Of a DNA stretch of 24,517 bases, positions 1 to 12,079 are shown piece by piece. A model generated the notes under the pieces. That model ran no database searches, was not told the DNA's origin, and saw only the letters and a list, made by a program, of their open reading frames with translations. The stretch covers positions 55,813,096 to 55,837,612 of the forward strand of contig NC_057718.1 of NCBI RefSeq assembly GCF_004010195.1. Direction: 5' to 3'. Source of the stretch: Chiloscyllium plagiosum. Taxonomy: Eukaryota. The first letter of the stretch is position 1; the number at the start of each line of letters is the position of its first letter. The position numbers and the translations under genes are program-made.

Positions 1-79
1 AGATGCTGGAGATCAGAGCTGAAAGTGTGTTGCTGGAAAAGCGCAGCAGGTCAGGCCGCATCCAGGGAACAGGAGAATC

Positions 80-107
80 GACGTTTCGGGCATAAGCCCT
101 TCTTCAG
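80..107 (-). ncRNA. Minimal type I hammerhead ribozyme-like motif (best-preserved copy)
   Basis: Reverse complement reads CTGAAGA-A-GGGC TTAT GCCC-GAAACGTC. Confidence 0.7.
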
Positions 108-522
108 GAATGAGGAAAGTTTGTCCAGCAGGCTAAGATAAAAGGTAGGGAGGAGGGACTTGGGGGAGGGGCGTCGGAAATGTGATAGGTGGAAAGAGGT
201 CAAGGTGAGGGTGATAGGTCAGACGGGAGTGGGGGCGGAGAGGTCGGGAAGAAGATTGCAGGTTAGGAAGGCGGTGCTGAATTCGATGGATTTGACTGAG
301 ACAAGGTGGGGGGAGGGGAAATACCTTGTCTCAGTCAAATCCATCGAACTCAGCACCGCCTTCCTAACCTGCAATCTTCTTCACGACCTCTCCGCCCCCA
401 CCCCAGTCTCACCTATCACCCTCACCTTGACCTCTTTCCACCTATCACATTTCCGATGCCCCTCCCCCAAGTCCCTCCTCCCTACCTTTTATCTTAGCCT
501 GCTGGACAAACTTTCCTCATTC

Positions 523-550
523 CTGAAGAAGGGCTTATACCCGAAACGTC
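523..550 (+). ncRNA. Minimal type I hammerhead ribozyme-like motif
   Basis: CTGAAGA-A-GGG CTTATA CCC-GAAACGTC: core boxes, stem II, palindromic ACGT and putative GUC site. Confidence 0.65.
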
Positions 551-614
551 GATTCTCCTGTTCCCTGGATGCTGCCTGACCTGCTGCGCTTCTCCAGCAA
601 CACATTTTCAGCTC

Positions 615-1752
615 AAACTCAGTCAGACTGGTGAGGGTGTCTGCTTCCATCAGAATACCTGCAACACTAATGCTCCATTTGCCTCATTTTCCAATGATAA
701 AACCAGATGTAGTGCCTGTTGAAGTCCAATTGGGCTTCAGCTAGTAGGTGCTTTTATATGGTTACATAATTAATCCCAACATACCAAATGGTATCTCAAC
801 ATCTCAATAAGAGTTAAACCAAAGTCACATGCCTCTGCTAGTTACCTTAATCTCATCAAAAATACTGATATGGTTTCCTGGGTTCTTGATTTGCCAAGTA
901 AAATTGATAGTGTCTCATAATTAGAGAGGATTGGGGTTCTAATATTCCTTAACAATATCCATGTTGAAAGGTTTTAGTATCTGGTGCTTCAGGGAAAGTT
1001 AAATTCCTAATAATCAAAAAAACCTGTGGGTTCTACAAGCTGTCAAGGAGAATTACTGGTTGCATTTCATCTGCCTCAATATCATTTGCCCAGAAAGAAC
1101 ACATTCTTTCCACTTCCTGGGCCCAATTTTGGATGGCAGGATCGAACCAATCAAGCTTCCTAAATGATGCCATGATGCTAGAAATGCTTAAGCCAACTCA
1201 AAGACAGTGGTTGCAAATTAATTTCATCAGGAGCGTGCTTTTCTCTTGAATCACCATTGAAACAACTCCACAGAGGCTGGTATCTCCTCACCAAGTCACC
1301 CTTTATTTGCACATAGAGAGTCCTTGATATTAATCCAGCTCCCTCAGACCCAGCTCTCACATTAAACAAGATGTTTGCTAGTCCTTTTTTTTTGTTATTT
1401 TTCTCAGGATGTTTGACACTCATGTTTTTTTCCTTTTTGTTTTCACACTACCACCTAACTGCGGTAGTGCTTATTTTTTCCCCAGCACCCATGTTGTGTG
1501 TGCACAGGTGTGGGACACAGAGGTGTATGAATCTTTATTCAATTTCCACTACTAGGAAGAAAAGAAACACCCAAGTGGCCAGTGACAAGCAGTGCCCTTC
1601 ACATCAAAGGGCAATGCTGTGTGATCAAACAGTGAAGGGTCAGCCCTGTTTTTATCTGTCAGCCAGGGCTTCCCTGGAACAGATTAATAACCCCAACCAG
1701 AGAGCTCATATTCTATGGCTACCACCTGGCTGACCTCATTACAATCACTACA
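615..1752 (-). mobile_element. Ty3/Gypsy LTR retrotransposon, copy A: 5' LTR (1258-1752), PBS-like TGGTGA and decayed gag
   Basis: Colinear with 18010-18884 (shared caccaagtcaccctttatt, ccacctggctgacctcatt, atcatttgcccagaaa). LTR has TG...CA ends. Interrupted on the left by the PLE palindrome. Confidence 0.8.
1362..1644 (-). repeat. Unclassified insertion inside the LTR of Gypsy copy A, probably the 3' end of a non-LTR retroelement
   Basis: Absent from the homologous LTR at 18654-18884. On the minus strand it has AATAAA, two stem-loops and an A-rich end. Boundaries approximate. Confidence 0.5.
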
Positions 1753-1860
1753 TAATGGTAACCATGTCTTATTCATTAACTGGCTGTTCACAACTGGTCT
1801 GGCCTACATGTCACTCCACACCCACTGCAATGTGGTTAACTCTGAACTGCCTCTGATATG

Positions 1861-2068
1861 AGGAGAAAGTGAGGTCTGCAGATGCTGGAGATCAGAGCTG
1901 GAAATGTGTTGCTGGAAAGGCGCAGCAGGTCAGGCAGCATCCAGGGAACAGGAGAATCGACGTTTCGGGCATAAGTCCTGAAGAAGGGCTTATGCCCGAA
2001 ATGTCGATTCTCCTGTTCCCTGGATGCTGCCTGACCTGCTGCGCCTTTCCAGCAACACATTTCCAGCT
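1861..2068. mobile_element. Short palindromic Penelope-like insert with 14-bp target-site duplication
   Basis: Arms 1893-1975 and 1989-2071. TSD ctgcctctgatatg at 1847-1860 and 2069-2082. Hammerhead-like motif at 1978-2005 (+). Confidence 0.85.
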
Positions 2069-2344
2069 CTGCCTCTGATATGGCCTAGCAAGCCACTCAG
2101 TTGCATCAAAATTGCTACAAAACCCAAAGAAAGGAATTAAATCAGGTAGACCATCTATAGCAGCTGAAATGGATTGTAGCAGGTGATAGTGGAACCAACA
2201 AAAGAGAAAAACATACTTTACCTGTTCCTCGTATCATTTGCCTGTGACACCTAACCATTTATTATATCAAAAATTAGGATTTAGCAGTACTCAAGTACAG
2301 TAGATTTCACAGGTGATAAATCAAAACATTTGGGGTCAACTTAA

Positions 2345-2720
2345 TTTATTAGTGTCAGTAGAAGTGACCACAAAACAGTCCTTGTGGACACCAAGTCCTG
2401 TCTTCATATTGAGGATATCCCATGTTGTGTGTCCCTTCCACTGTGCCAAATGGAACAGACTTCAAATAGATCTAGCAACTTAAATCTCGGCTTCTATGGG
2501 GTGCTGTGAGCCATTAGTACCAGCAGAATTGTATTCAGCTGCAATCTGTAACTTCATATCTTTTCATGTCCCCACTCTACCTTTACAGTCAGGCTTAGAG
2601 ATTGACTCTGGTTCAATAAGAGGTGCAGGAGGGCATGTCAGGATACCTAAAAAGTAGGTATCAACATAGTGAAGCTAAAACACAGGAGAACTGGCAAATA
2701 GCAGACACACATATGAAGCT
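2345..2720 (+). mobile_element. Decayed LINE ORF2 fragment (post-endonuclease region)
   Basis: Frameshifted pieces read SDHKTVLVDTKSCLHIED, HCAKWNRLQIDLA, PAELYSAAICNF and WFNKRCRRACQ, typical of the SDH...WF segment of LINE ORF2. Confidence 0.55.
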
Positions 2721-3291
2721 AATATATCATGATACAATAAAACATTAAAGCCAGCAATGGGTGAGTTTGCATTTCAAATCTGTTTTTAAACATATGCACT
2801 CCACCATATGACTCAAACAGGCTTTTTAAACGAAAACTCACCCCAGTATTTAACACACATTGTGATGAAGTCTTTTGAATCTAATGTTTACTAAACTGTA
2901 TAATGTTCCAATGTTTTTCTTGTGTAATGCACAATTCTCATGTAATTCAGTCTAAGTAAACCGTCATTTATTTGCATTTTTGAATTTATGTAAGTTACAC
3001 CAATGTAGTTGAATACATTTCACCTTTGATCGAGTATTACTTGATATTACAAAATTTGGCAGCAACCTTCTTATATTCTGATTATGTATATGTTCACATA
3101 TTTATATTAGGAATAACTTTAATGTAATTGCAGCATTACAGTTCATGGCTCATAATTTGAAAAATTGCATGAATGCAAATAGTATATAACATGCCAAGCA
3201 TTAAGAAGGCAATGAATTTCATCAATAAGTCCTCAAATACTAATACAGTTAAAGAAGCTGGTATTCTGTAGCTATAGATATATTCTAACTA

Positions 3292-3394
3292 ACCTGTTAA
3301 GAGATGTTATTACACACCTCTGAAGCAGGTGGAGATTAAACTTGGACCTCCTGGCTCAGAGGTATGGACATGACCACTGCACCACAATTCCCCT
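3292..3394 (-). mobile_element. Short tRNA-derived SINE fragment
   Basis: Minus strand has A-box-like TGGTGCAGTGG and a decayed B box. Flanked by ttctaacta at 3283-3291 and 3395-3403. Confidence 0.6.
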
Positions 3395-3580
3395 TTCTAA
3401 CTACAGGTGTATATTACCTTCATGAGTTAGCACACATAGATTACAGAAATTTCATCAAAGTGATTAAATGTCATGTATCTTTTATACATTTGTGTTTGAT
3501 TTTACTTTCTTCTCCTTATTCAGTACTATAACTACAAGTGACGTACAATGAACAATACTAATTTTCTTTTATCCAATTAG

Positions 3581-3742
<162 letters not shown>

Positions 3743-4952
3743 TAAATTTAGCATAATATGTCAAAAGTGTCAGCATATGGTCCCACTTTGTAAATTAATT
3801 TTATAGTTAAAACCAGAATTATTTAATGTATTGTACTGTTGTGATTCGGGCTGATGGTAATACTGAACATGCCAGATCCCAAATGAAACATGACTTCATG
3901 GATCATATATTTAATTTTTGCATTTGATTAACATGTTAGTAAGTCACTGAAATATATTTATATGAGGCTGAAGATATTCCTTAACAACAGAATATAAATG
4001 TATTACGTAAAAGAAGAAAAAATAGCATCTGAATACATTTATAGAAGACAGAAACGTATTTAACAAATACGTTTGTTAACAAACAAAATCAAAACAAAAT
4101 GTTCATGTGTTTCCCAATGCTGTCTGTTACAGTGACTCAATTCCAGAACAATATCTGCATTTGAATTCTTTACTTAACTCACACTTTGTAGTTTCATTCC
4201 ACTTGACTGCAGAGATCATTATTTCCAGTTCCTTTCCAAATATGAGGCATGAGCCTTTCATATTTCTGATATCCTAAACTTTTTTTATTTTTAATAGCTT
4301 GAAAACTTCTATACAAACTCTTCCAGCTTGAAAACTCCACAGATGAAAAAGCATATCTCCTGAGGGTTATTGGTTCCCCTGAAACAAATTGAAAATAAAA
4401 CTGGTCTTCCTAGTACAAAAACAAAACTATTCTCTTTAGAACTGAAACTGAGAACTTGAACCTTATATTCTGAATTTGAAATGAAACTAATTGCCTTAAT
4501 GTGGTTTCTCTATTTGTCATAAACTCAAAAATATAAACATTTTATCCATTAACTACAGGATTCTCTCAAGCAGTTGACTGAAGTCACATGCCTTCTTAGA
4601 TGTGACATATTTAGGTACACGTGACCATCTGACCTTGGTGGCCATATGTGCCATATGTGTCGAGGTGTAGCTACTGGCTAACCACATTTTAGAGCTGGAG
4701 CTTGACTTGATTTGATTTATTGTAGTCACATGTACCTAGGTACAGCAAAATGTTTTGCTTTACAAGAGGCAGATCATACCAAATAAAGATACACAAATCA
4801 AAGGGAATTTAGAGTGAGGCATACAAACTATGGCTTCACAGGGCATGCACAAAGCAAGATCAACGTTAGCATGAGCAACATTATTTGTAGTTAAAGAGGT
4901 CCATTCTGCAGTCTAATAACTGCAGGGAAGAAGCTGTTTTTGAACCTGTTGG

Positions 4953-4977
4953 TGTGTGTGTGTGTATGTGTGTGTGT
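4953..4977. repeat. (GT)n microsatellite inside the Rex1-like LINE
   Basis: gtgtgtgtgtgtatgtgtgtgtgt. Confidence 0.9.
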
Positions 4978-5252
4978 TCAAACTCCTGTACTTTCTGCCT
5001 GATGGAAGAGGTTGAAAAAGAACATTACTGGGGTGGGGGAATCTTTGATTATGTTGGCAGCCTTTCCATGGCAATAAGAAGTGTAAATGGAGTCCATGGA
5101 TCAGAGGTTGGTTTCTGTGATGGTTTGAGCTATGCACCCAATTTTCTGTAGCTTCCTATGGTCTTTGGCAGAGAAGTTGCCATACCAGCCCATTATGCAC
5201 CTGGATAGAATGCTTTCTATGATATATCTGTAAAGGTTGGTGAGGATCCTTA

Positions 5253-5369
5253 TATGATGACACTATGATCTTTTGTTATAAATTCTGTGTCCTATTATCC
5301 TGCTCCACTAGCTACCTGACAATGGAGCAGTGCTCTGAAAGCTTGTACTTGCAAATAAACCCGTTGAAC
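5253..5369 (+). mobile_element. Penelope-like 3' fragment of a second family, with a decayed hammerhead-like motif, nested in the Rex1-like LINE
   Basis: TSD aggatcctta at 5243-5252 and 5370-5379. Motif tac-CTGACAA-T-GGAGC AGT GCTCT-GAAAGCTT-gta at 5313-5347, followed by AATAAA. Confidence 0.65.
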
Positions 5370-5809
5370 AGGATCCTTACAGACATGCCAAATTTCCTAA
5401 GCTGCCTGAGGAAGAAAAGGTGTTGTCGTGCCTTCTTGACCATCGCATCTTCATGAGAGGTCCAGATTATTGGTTATTGTCTCTCCTAGGAACTGGATGA
5501 TCTCGACCCTCTCCATCTCAGCTCTGTTGATGTAGATAGGGGTGTTCCTTCTCCTTTCTTCCTGAATTTAATAATCAGTTCTTTTGTTTTTGCCAACATT
5601 GAGAGAGAAATTGTTATCATTGCAGCACAACTGCAGGGTGACTTTCTGTGGGGCACTTGTGACACTGAGATTATCATGCACAACACATTCAGTAAGATGG
5701 TCACACTACTCATAAAGACTGAACAGGCAGAAAGGGTGTGAGTGACTACAGGCAAAGTAGAGGTAGACAGATAGTGCAAGTGACCTCTGTGGCCATTCCC
5801 CTTTCTCAG

Positions 5810-6127
5810 GGCAGCACAGTGGCCCAGTTTGATTCCAGCCTCAGGTGACTGTTTGTGTGGAGTTTGCACATTCTCTCCATCTCTGCATGGGTTTCCTCAG
5901 AGTGCTCCAATTTCCTTCCAAAGTCCAAAGATGTGCAGGTTGGGTGAACTGGCCATGCTAAATTGCCCATAGTGTTCCAGGATGTGTAGGTTAGGTGCAT
6001 TATATAGGGGAAATGTAAAGTAATAATGGAGAGGAATGGGTCTGTATGGGATACTCTTTGGAGGGTCAGTTTGGACTTGTTGGGCCAAATGGCCTGTTTC
6101 CACTTTGTAGAGACTCTATGGTTCTAT
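5810..6127 (+). mobile_element. HE1-type tRNA-derived SINE (head partly deleted)
   Basis: Core gtgtggagtttgcacattctc...ccaaagatgtgcaggt and CR1-like tail ggcctgtttcca...ctctatg. Homologous to 14870, 20093 and 23791. Confidence 0.85.
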
Positions 6128-6129
6128 AA

Positions 6130-8425
6130 AAGACATAGCATTTTGGATATTGTTAGGGGAGTTGAATTCTAAGAGGATTGCACAACTGTCAAGTCCATGG
6201 CACCATCAGTGGCTTTGCTGAACAAGAAGGGAGGAAGAAAAGTGGCAGAGTGATAGATGATTCATTAAGAAAGAGAGCAGACAGGCTTTTCTACGACCAT
6301 AAAGGGGAATCCAGAATAGTATATTGCCTCAGGATCAGACACAGCTCCAAAAGCTGCAAACCATATTGAAGGGGAAAGATGAACAACCAGTGTTCGTGGT
6401 ACATATCTGTACCAATGACATAGGTTTAAAAAATGGATGAGATACTACAAGCTGAGTATAATGAGTTAAGATGTAAATTAGATATAAGGACCTCATAGTG
6501 CCACATGTTAGGAGCTTAGAAATAACAGGATATATCAGATAAGTATCTGAAGAAATGGTATAGGGGCCAGGGATTGAGATTCCTGGAACATTGGAACAGA
6601 TTCTACAAACAGAATGCTTTGCTTCTAGGCAGCACTTGGACCAGCGTCCTTGGCTGGTTTGTTTACTAGTGCCATAGAGGAAGATTTAATTAAAATTGCA
6701 GTTGGATGAGAACCTGACCAGGGAGACAGAGAGGGAGAAAACAATGATAGAAATGAAAGACTGAAAAGTAAGAAGCATAAGAAGGCAGAAAAATCACAGC
6801 TGAACAACAAATGGGGCTGTGGTGCAAAATAAAATGACTATGAATTATATTTGACTTCTCCTTTTAAGCTTGCTGGCACATTCACAATAAAGTAGGTGAA
6901 TAAACAACACAAATAAATATATATATGGTTATGATATCATTGCAAGTATGGAGTTAGGACTGCATGATGAATAAGAAAGCAAGTAGAATATCCATGGGCA
7001 TTCAGTATTTAGGAAGGACAGACAAACAGGGAAAGGAGGTGGGAAAGCATTGGTGGTAATTGAGACAAATAATGAAATAGTGAAGAAAGAAATTGCTTCA
7101 GAAAATCAGTATGTGGAATCTGTTTGGGTGGAGTTAAGAAAAGCAGAGCAGGAAACATTGGTGGAGATTATCTATAGACTGCCAAACAGTAGCGGCAATG
7201 TAAGTAAAGGCATTAAATCGGAGATTAGAAATGCATGCATTTAGGGTACAACTATAATCATGGGTGGCTTTAATCTACATATGGATTGGACAGAACCAAA
7301 CCAACTATAATACTGTGGAAAGGATTTGCAGAATGTATATATGATGGTCTTTTTTTTAGACTAATACATTGGGAGAGCAGGCTACCCTGAGTACAGGTAA
7401 ATGAAAACAAAAAGGATTAATTAACCACCTTGTTATGTGGGGTTTGTTGGGTAAGGGCAGTCATAACATGAAAGTACTTTAGTAAAGATGGAGAGTAAAG
7501 AATGGAAAATGAGAGTCGTGAATCTAAACAAAGGCTTGAATTGGCAATGATGGATTGGTGAGCCATACTAAAAGGGTTGGCATTAAATAGGCAATGGCTA
7601 ATATTTAACAAGCATATGCACAAAATATAACAATGAATTCCTAATCGGAGCAAAATTAGAACAATCAAGTGGCTCAACCATGACTTACAAGATAAATTAT
7701 GGATAATATTGGATCCAAAGAAGAGATGTAGAATTGCCAGAAAATGTGGCAAGTCTGAGGACAGGAAGCAGTTTAAAATTCAGCAAAAGAGGAAGAAAGG
7801 ATCAAGAGAGGGAAATGCAGTAAACTTGCAGTGAGCATCAAAACTGACTATAACAGCTTTATAAATATGTGAAGCAAAAAGATTAGTGAAGACAAATAAA
7901 TGGAACAAAATTACAATGATGAATGAAGAAATAGCAAAGCAATTGAAAACATTTTTTGCTTCTGTCTTCAGAAAAAAGGACAAATAATTTCCCAGAAATG
8001 TGAGGCAACCAAGGGTCTAGTGAGAGGGATTAATTTAAAGCATTAGTAAGAAAATAATGCTGGGGAAATGAATGGAGTTAAAGGTTGACAAATCTCAGGG
8101 CCTGATAATTTGCATCCTAAAGTACTAAAGGAAGTCGCCCTGGAAATATCTGATGCATTGATGGCTGTTTTCCAAACTTCTATAGACTCTGAAGCAGAGT
8201 CCTATTGATTGGGAATTGGTCTGGTGGCCCTCAGGTTAAATCACCACTAGTCACCTCTCTCTAATAAAAGAGTAGCCGTTATGGTCTGGTAAGGCTATGG
8301 TGACACAGCCTATTGATTGGAGGGTGGCAGATATAACCCAATATTTTTAAAAAAGGAGGGAGAGAAAAATAGAATTACAGATCAGTTAGCCTAATATCAG
8401 TACTGAGGAAAATTTGAGTGTCCAG
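6130..8425 (+). mobile_element. Old CR1 LINE: ORF1 esterase remnant, ORF2 endonuclease and start of RT
   Basis: Decayed motifs VVHICTNDIG, FRKDRQTGKGGG, ESVWVELR, IYRLPNS, IIMGGFN and NYRSVSLIS, with many stops and frameshifts. Confidence 0.8.
8213..8308 (+). mobile_element. 96-bp retroposed fragment with 12-bp TSD inside the old CR1
   Basis: cctattgattgg at 8201-8212 and 8309-8320. CR1 resumes on both sides (P.DW|RVADITQ). Confidence 0.75.
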
Positions 8426-9606
8426 TATAAACCACATGACTAATAAATGGTGTCTAGTTTTTCTATGCACAGTGATGTATTCAAATGAAGCAGTGAGATG
8501 TTTCTACAGTTTGAAGGCTACCAAACCTTAACTAAGGAAACTTCATTTGGCAGTACTAGGTCATCCTGATGAACTCTGACTGTCAACAATCTACCAACAC
8601 ACTGCTGGAACTTTGGTTTTGGTTAGGACTTTCTGTTTCAGCTGCCTATGTGATAACAACAGGCTATGTCCCTATGTAAAGTGGTGTGACACTTCCTATT
8701 CTACAGTGCCTCCTAATTTTCATGCTGCCTTCCCCCTCCTCCACTCCCACCTGAGGTCTATGTGGATGTTCTGCATCTGAAATGGAAGAAAGGGCTAAAG
8801 GATATCATTAAGTGCAGAGGTAAATGTAGATAAATGATTCATTTCTGAAAACATCAGCTCTGTGTGAGGGTATTTTTAAAAAATTCTTTGTTATATCTGT
8901 AATGGGAGGAATAATCAAGAGTAATCAAGCCTCTCTCGAGAGCTGTATACTAGTATAAATGTTTTGACTCAATCACCTGAATCACAGAATCATGGAATTG
9001 TTATAGTACAGAAGAGGTCATTTGGCCCATCGTGTCTGCACCAGCTCTCCAAACATTTTGACTTAGTGCCAACATTTTCCTCACAACCTTGCACACATTG
9101 TTACTATTTAAATAATCATCCAATGCCCTTTTCAATGCCTCAGTTGAACCTGCCTTCCCCACACTTCCAAGCAGTGCATTCCAAACTTGAACAGATCACT
9201 GTGATAATTTTTTTTCACTTTCCACGTACTTCTTTTGTAAAACATTTCAAAACCTCTGGTTTCTGATCCTATTACAAGTCAGAACAGTTTCTCCCTATCC
9301 ATTCTATCTAGACTCCTTATGATCTGGAAAACTTCCAGCATACCTCCCCTCAGCTTCTCCAGTCCAGGGAAAGCTATCCCAGGTTCTCCAATGTATTTTC
9401 ATAACTGAAGTTTCTCATCGTTGAAAACCTGTCTTTAGTGTGTTCAATTCCTTACAAAAGAACTGTACACAGTACTCCAGCTGATGTCATACCAGTGTCC
9501 TACATAGGTTTGGCATAATTTCCTTGCTCTTGTCCTCTGTTAGTAAAGTCTGGAAAACAATTTTGTTTAACAGTTCTCTCCACACATCCTGCCACCTTTC
9601 ATGACT

Positions 9607-10482
9607 TATCATGCCTCACTGGGGTAGTGTGTTCGAACTCAAACTCCACTATCCCTGAAGTTATCATAAAGGTTTAAAAGTTTCTCAAAGTATGCAATTT
9701 ACCTGTCAGATGGACCCAGGTGAACAGAAGACAGATTAACAAGGACTACTAGTTATTATAACTAAGTAGATTCTAACCACAGGCAAACAATTATGAACTA
9801 TTGGCATATAATTCCATTAGTTAAATCTCTAATTCCCTTCCAACCATGTATGCGGGCGCTTACAGATGGAGGGAAAAAAATTGGGGAAGGAATTCAGTGT
9901 CTCTAGTCCAACTGAAGTGATTGTTTTGCTTGTCAGAATTTTCTGTTTTTCATTCTCTTTTAACCAGATTCTTATTACTTCTTCACGTGTGGCAGCATAC
10001 ATTAACTGCAAAGTCTCTTAGTTACTGATTAAAGGCTAGAGCGTACAGGATCTGGTTAGAGAAAATAAACCAGCTTTCTTCAGGCTTTGGATATTTTATT
10101 GCAGAAGAAAACACACCATCTGCCTTTGCAACAGGCCAAAGGCTGCTGCAAGTATCATGTACCCCGACAAACTGTTCAGCTGCATAGGAGTCAGTTGTTG
10201 TCAGGCTGAAGGCCTTAGTCACCTACAGTTGGTCACAATTCCACAATTCAATCAGCAACCTGTTGCCAGACAAATATTACTTTGTACATATTCCCTGGTG
10301 CCAGTCCATCTGCAAACAACCTCCACCACTCCTTGAACAAAACAACAAAGCAAGCACCACTTACAATGAGTCTCTGTAAGTTGCTTTCTAAAAGTTCAGC
10401 ATTCCTTCTTCTGTCCTTTGCAATAAAATAGTCCTTTTTCCGTTTCAGTCCACAATCAAAAGTACATAAAAATAAAATGACA
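9607..10482. mobile_element. Probable solo LTR inserted in CR1
   Basis: Non-CR1 block interrupting CR1, with ends tatcat...atgaca (decayed TGTCAT...ATGACA). Confidence 0.4.
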
Positions 10483-10740
10483 TGATCTTTACATCACCCA
10501 AATCACTTCACTCCTGCACACCCTTTAGAATAGTAAGTTTTATTTTATACTATCTCTTTATTTTCTTTGTACCAAAATGTATCCCACACATTATTCTGCA
10601 TTGAACTTTATCTGCGACCTATCTGCTCACTCCACTTTCATTGTCCTTTTGAAGTTCTATATTATCCTCCACACACTTTGCAATTCTTTTAAGTTTTGCG
10701 TTGTCCACAGCATGAAATTGTCCATCACACATCAAGATAT

Positions 10741-11327
10741 TGTAATGGACCAGACTAACTTCACTCAAACTATTCAAAAGATAGTCTAGACTCTACCTTT
10801 TCCGGATTTAAAGGTGAATGTAAGGTGTTGCATTCCAGATGCAAATCAGTTAGTTAAACTACTGGATTTAAAGCAAAATACAGTTTATTCATCCTTTTCT
10901 TTAAAATACAGCAAAAGAAAGAAGGAATTTGAATAACCTAACTCTATTTGAAAACTTAACAAAACAATAGATACAGTGACTGTGACAAACTAACTGTTCG
11001 ATATTGCAAAATTCCATAAACACACCCTTTGGCAAAAGGCAAATTCAAAAAACAACAGCTTGTCTCACATGTAGTTCTCCAATGCAGGAGGAAAGAACAT
11101 CAAAAGACAATTCTGAAAGTCAACTGCTGATGGCTAAACTAAAGAGCATGGTTCTGTGGGAGTGTGCCCACACTCCTTCAGGCTGCTTCTATTGTTCCAA
11201 CTTTTAAAAGAAAAATCCCATGACCTCACAAACTGTTGACTTAGTGGTTTTGGTAGATTGCTTGATACCTCTGCCTTAAAACTCTCTTCATAAAAAAATC
11301 CAGTTCAAAACCCATAGCATCGTCACA
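10741..11327. mobile_element. Probable solo LTR inserted in CR1
   Basis: TGTAATG...CGTCACA ends (TG..CA, imperfect inverted termini) and internal tttatt. CR1 continues on both sides. Confidence 0.55.
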
Positions 11328-12079
11328 ATTTTGATAATTTATATATTATCAGTAAAAGTAAGGGTCCCAATTCCAACTCCTGGGAACTCTGCTACAAACA
11401 TTCTTCCAACTCAAAAAATACACATTTACCATTACTCTCTGTTTCTTATCACTCAGATAATATATATCTACTTTGCCACTGTCCCTTTTTTTTATGACCT
11501 ATAATATCCTCGCAGGCCTGATGTGTCTCATTATATTGCAAGTTATTTGGAAATCCATGTACACCACATCAGCAACCTTGCCTTCATCAACTTACGCTGT
11601 TACATCTTCAAAGAAACTCCTGCAAATTAGTTAGACAAGGTTTTGCTTTAACAAATCTGTCCTGACATCTGAAATAACTCACATTTTTCAATACAACTAT
11701 TAATTTTATCCCATAGAATTGTTTCCAGATATTTCCCACCAGGAAATCTCTGTAATTTGAACAGAAGCATAATGTTTGCAGTTCTTCAGTCCTTCTGCAT
11801 CACCCTTAATCCTAAGGGTGAATGAAAGATTATTGCCTGTCCCTTTGCAATTTCCACACTCACTTCCTGCAATATCCCAGTGCCTCATCAACTTCAAGTA
11901 CTGATAGCTTATCCAATACCACCCCTTGCCAATTTTAGACCCTCCTCGTGATTGGTTTCCTCCACTGGACAGTATTTGCCTCCAAAGTAAAGACACATGC
12001 TAAGTATTTATTTAGCACCTAAGTATTTATTTATGCCTGTGTGAAAAAGTGTCCTTGCAGCAGCATTTCAGGGAGCAGT

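Larger units (their letters stand above)
1..614. mobile_element. Penelope-like element fragment with inverted pseudo-LTR arms (palindrome); left end cut by the window edge
   Basis: 16-307 is the reverse complement of 323-614 (292-bp arms, 15-nt spacer, few mismatches). Each arm has a hammerhead-like motif. Same family as 1861-2068 and 14277-14500. Confidence 0.8.
4700..5622 (-). mobile_element. Rex1/Babar-like LINE, 3' part
   Basis: Minus-strand peptides AKTKELIIKFRKKG and HPSNVLFQPLPSGRKYRSL. 3' end gtacatgtgactacAATAAAtcaaatcaag. Confidence 0.75.
8979..12015 (-). mobile_element. Old CR1 LINE (RT to 3' end), split by two LTR-like insertions
   Basis: 3' tail gaatcacagaatcatggaat plus aggtcatttggcccatc, and RT-region remnants (aactgtacacagtactccag, ggaaatccatgtacacc). 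Segments at about 8979-9606, 10483-10740 and 11328-12015. Confidence 0.7.

Noticed and set aside
160..579. 139-aa ORF across the palindrome
   Set aside because: Non-ATG start, reads through both inverted arms of a repeat and has no recognisable domain.
1861..2068. MITE or microRNA precursor interpretation of the palindromes
   Set aside because: An asymmetric tail, variable centres, 14-bp TSDs, a single-arm relative and hammerhead motifs fit PLE retrotransposition better.
1790..2160. Older repeat hosting the 1861 PLE insert
   Set aside because: Looks like a common SINE/LINE-associated segment, but family and boundaries cannot be supported from this window.
3837..4660. Possible solo LTR starting tgttgtgatt
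   Set aside because: Composition is suggestive, but no right terminus or TSD could be fixed.
12001..12034. Direct repeat taagtatttattta x2 (also gccatatgtg x2 near 4641-4659)
   Set aside because: Small local duplications, not an array or CRISPR.
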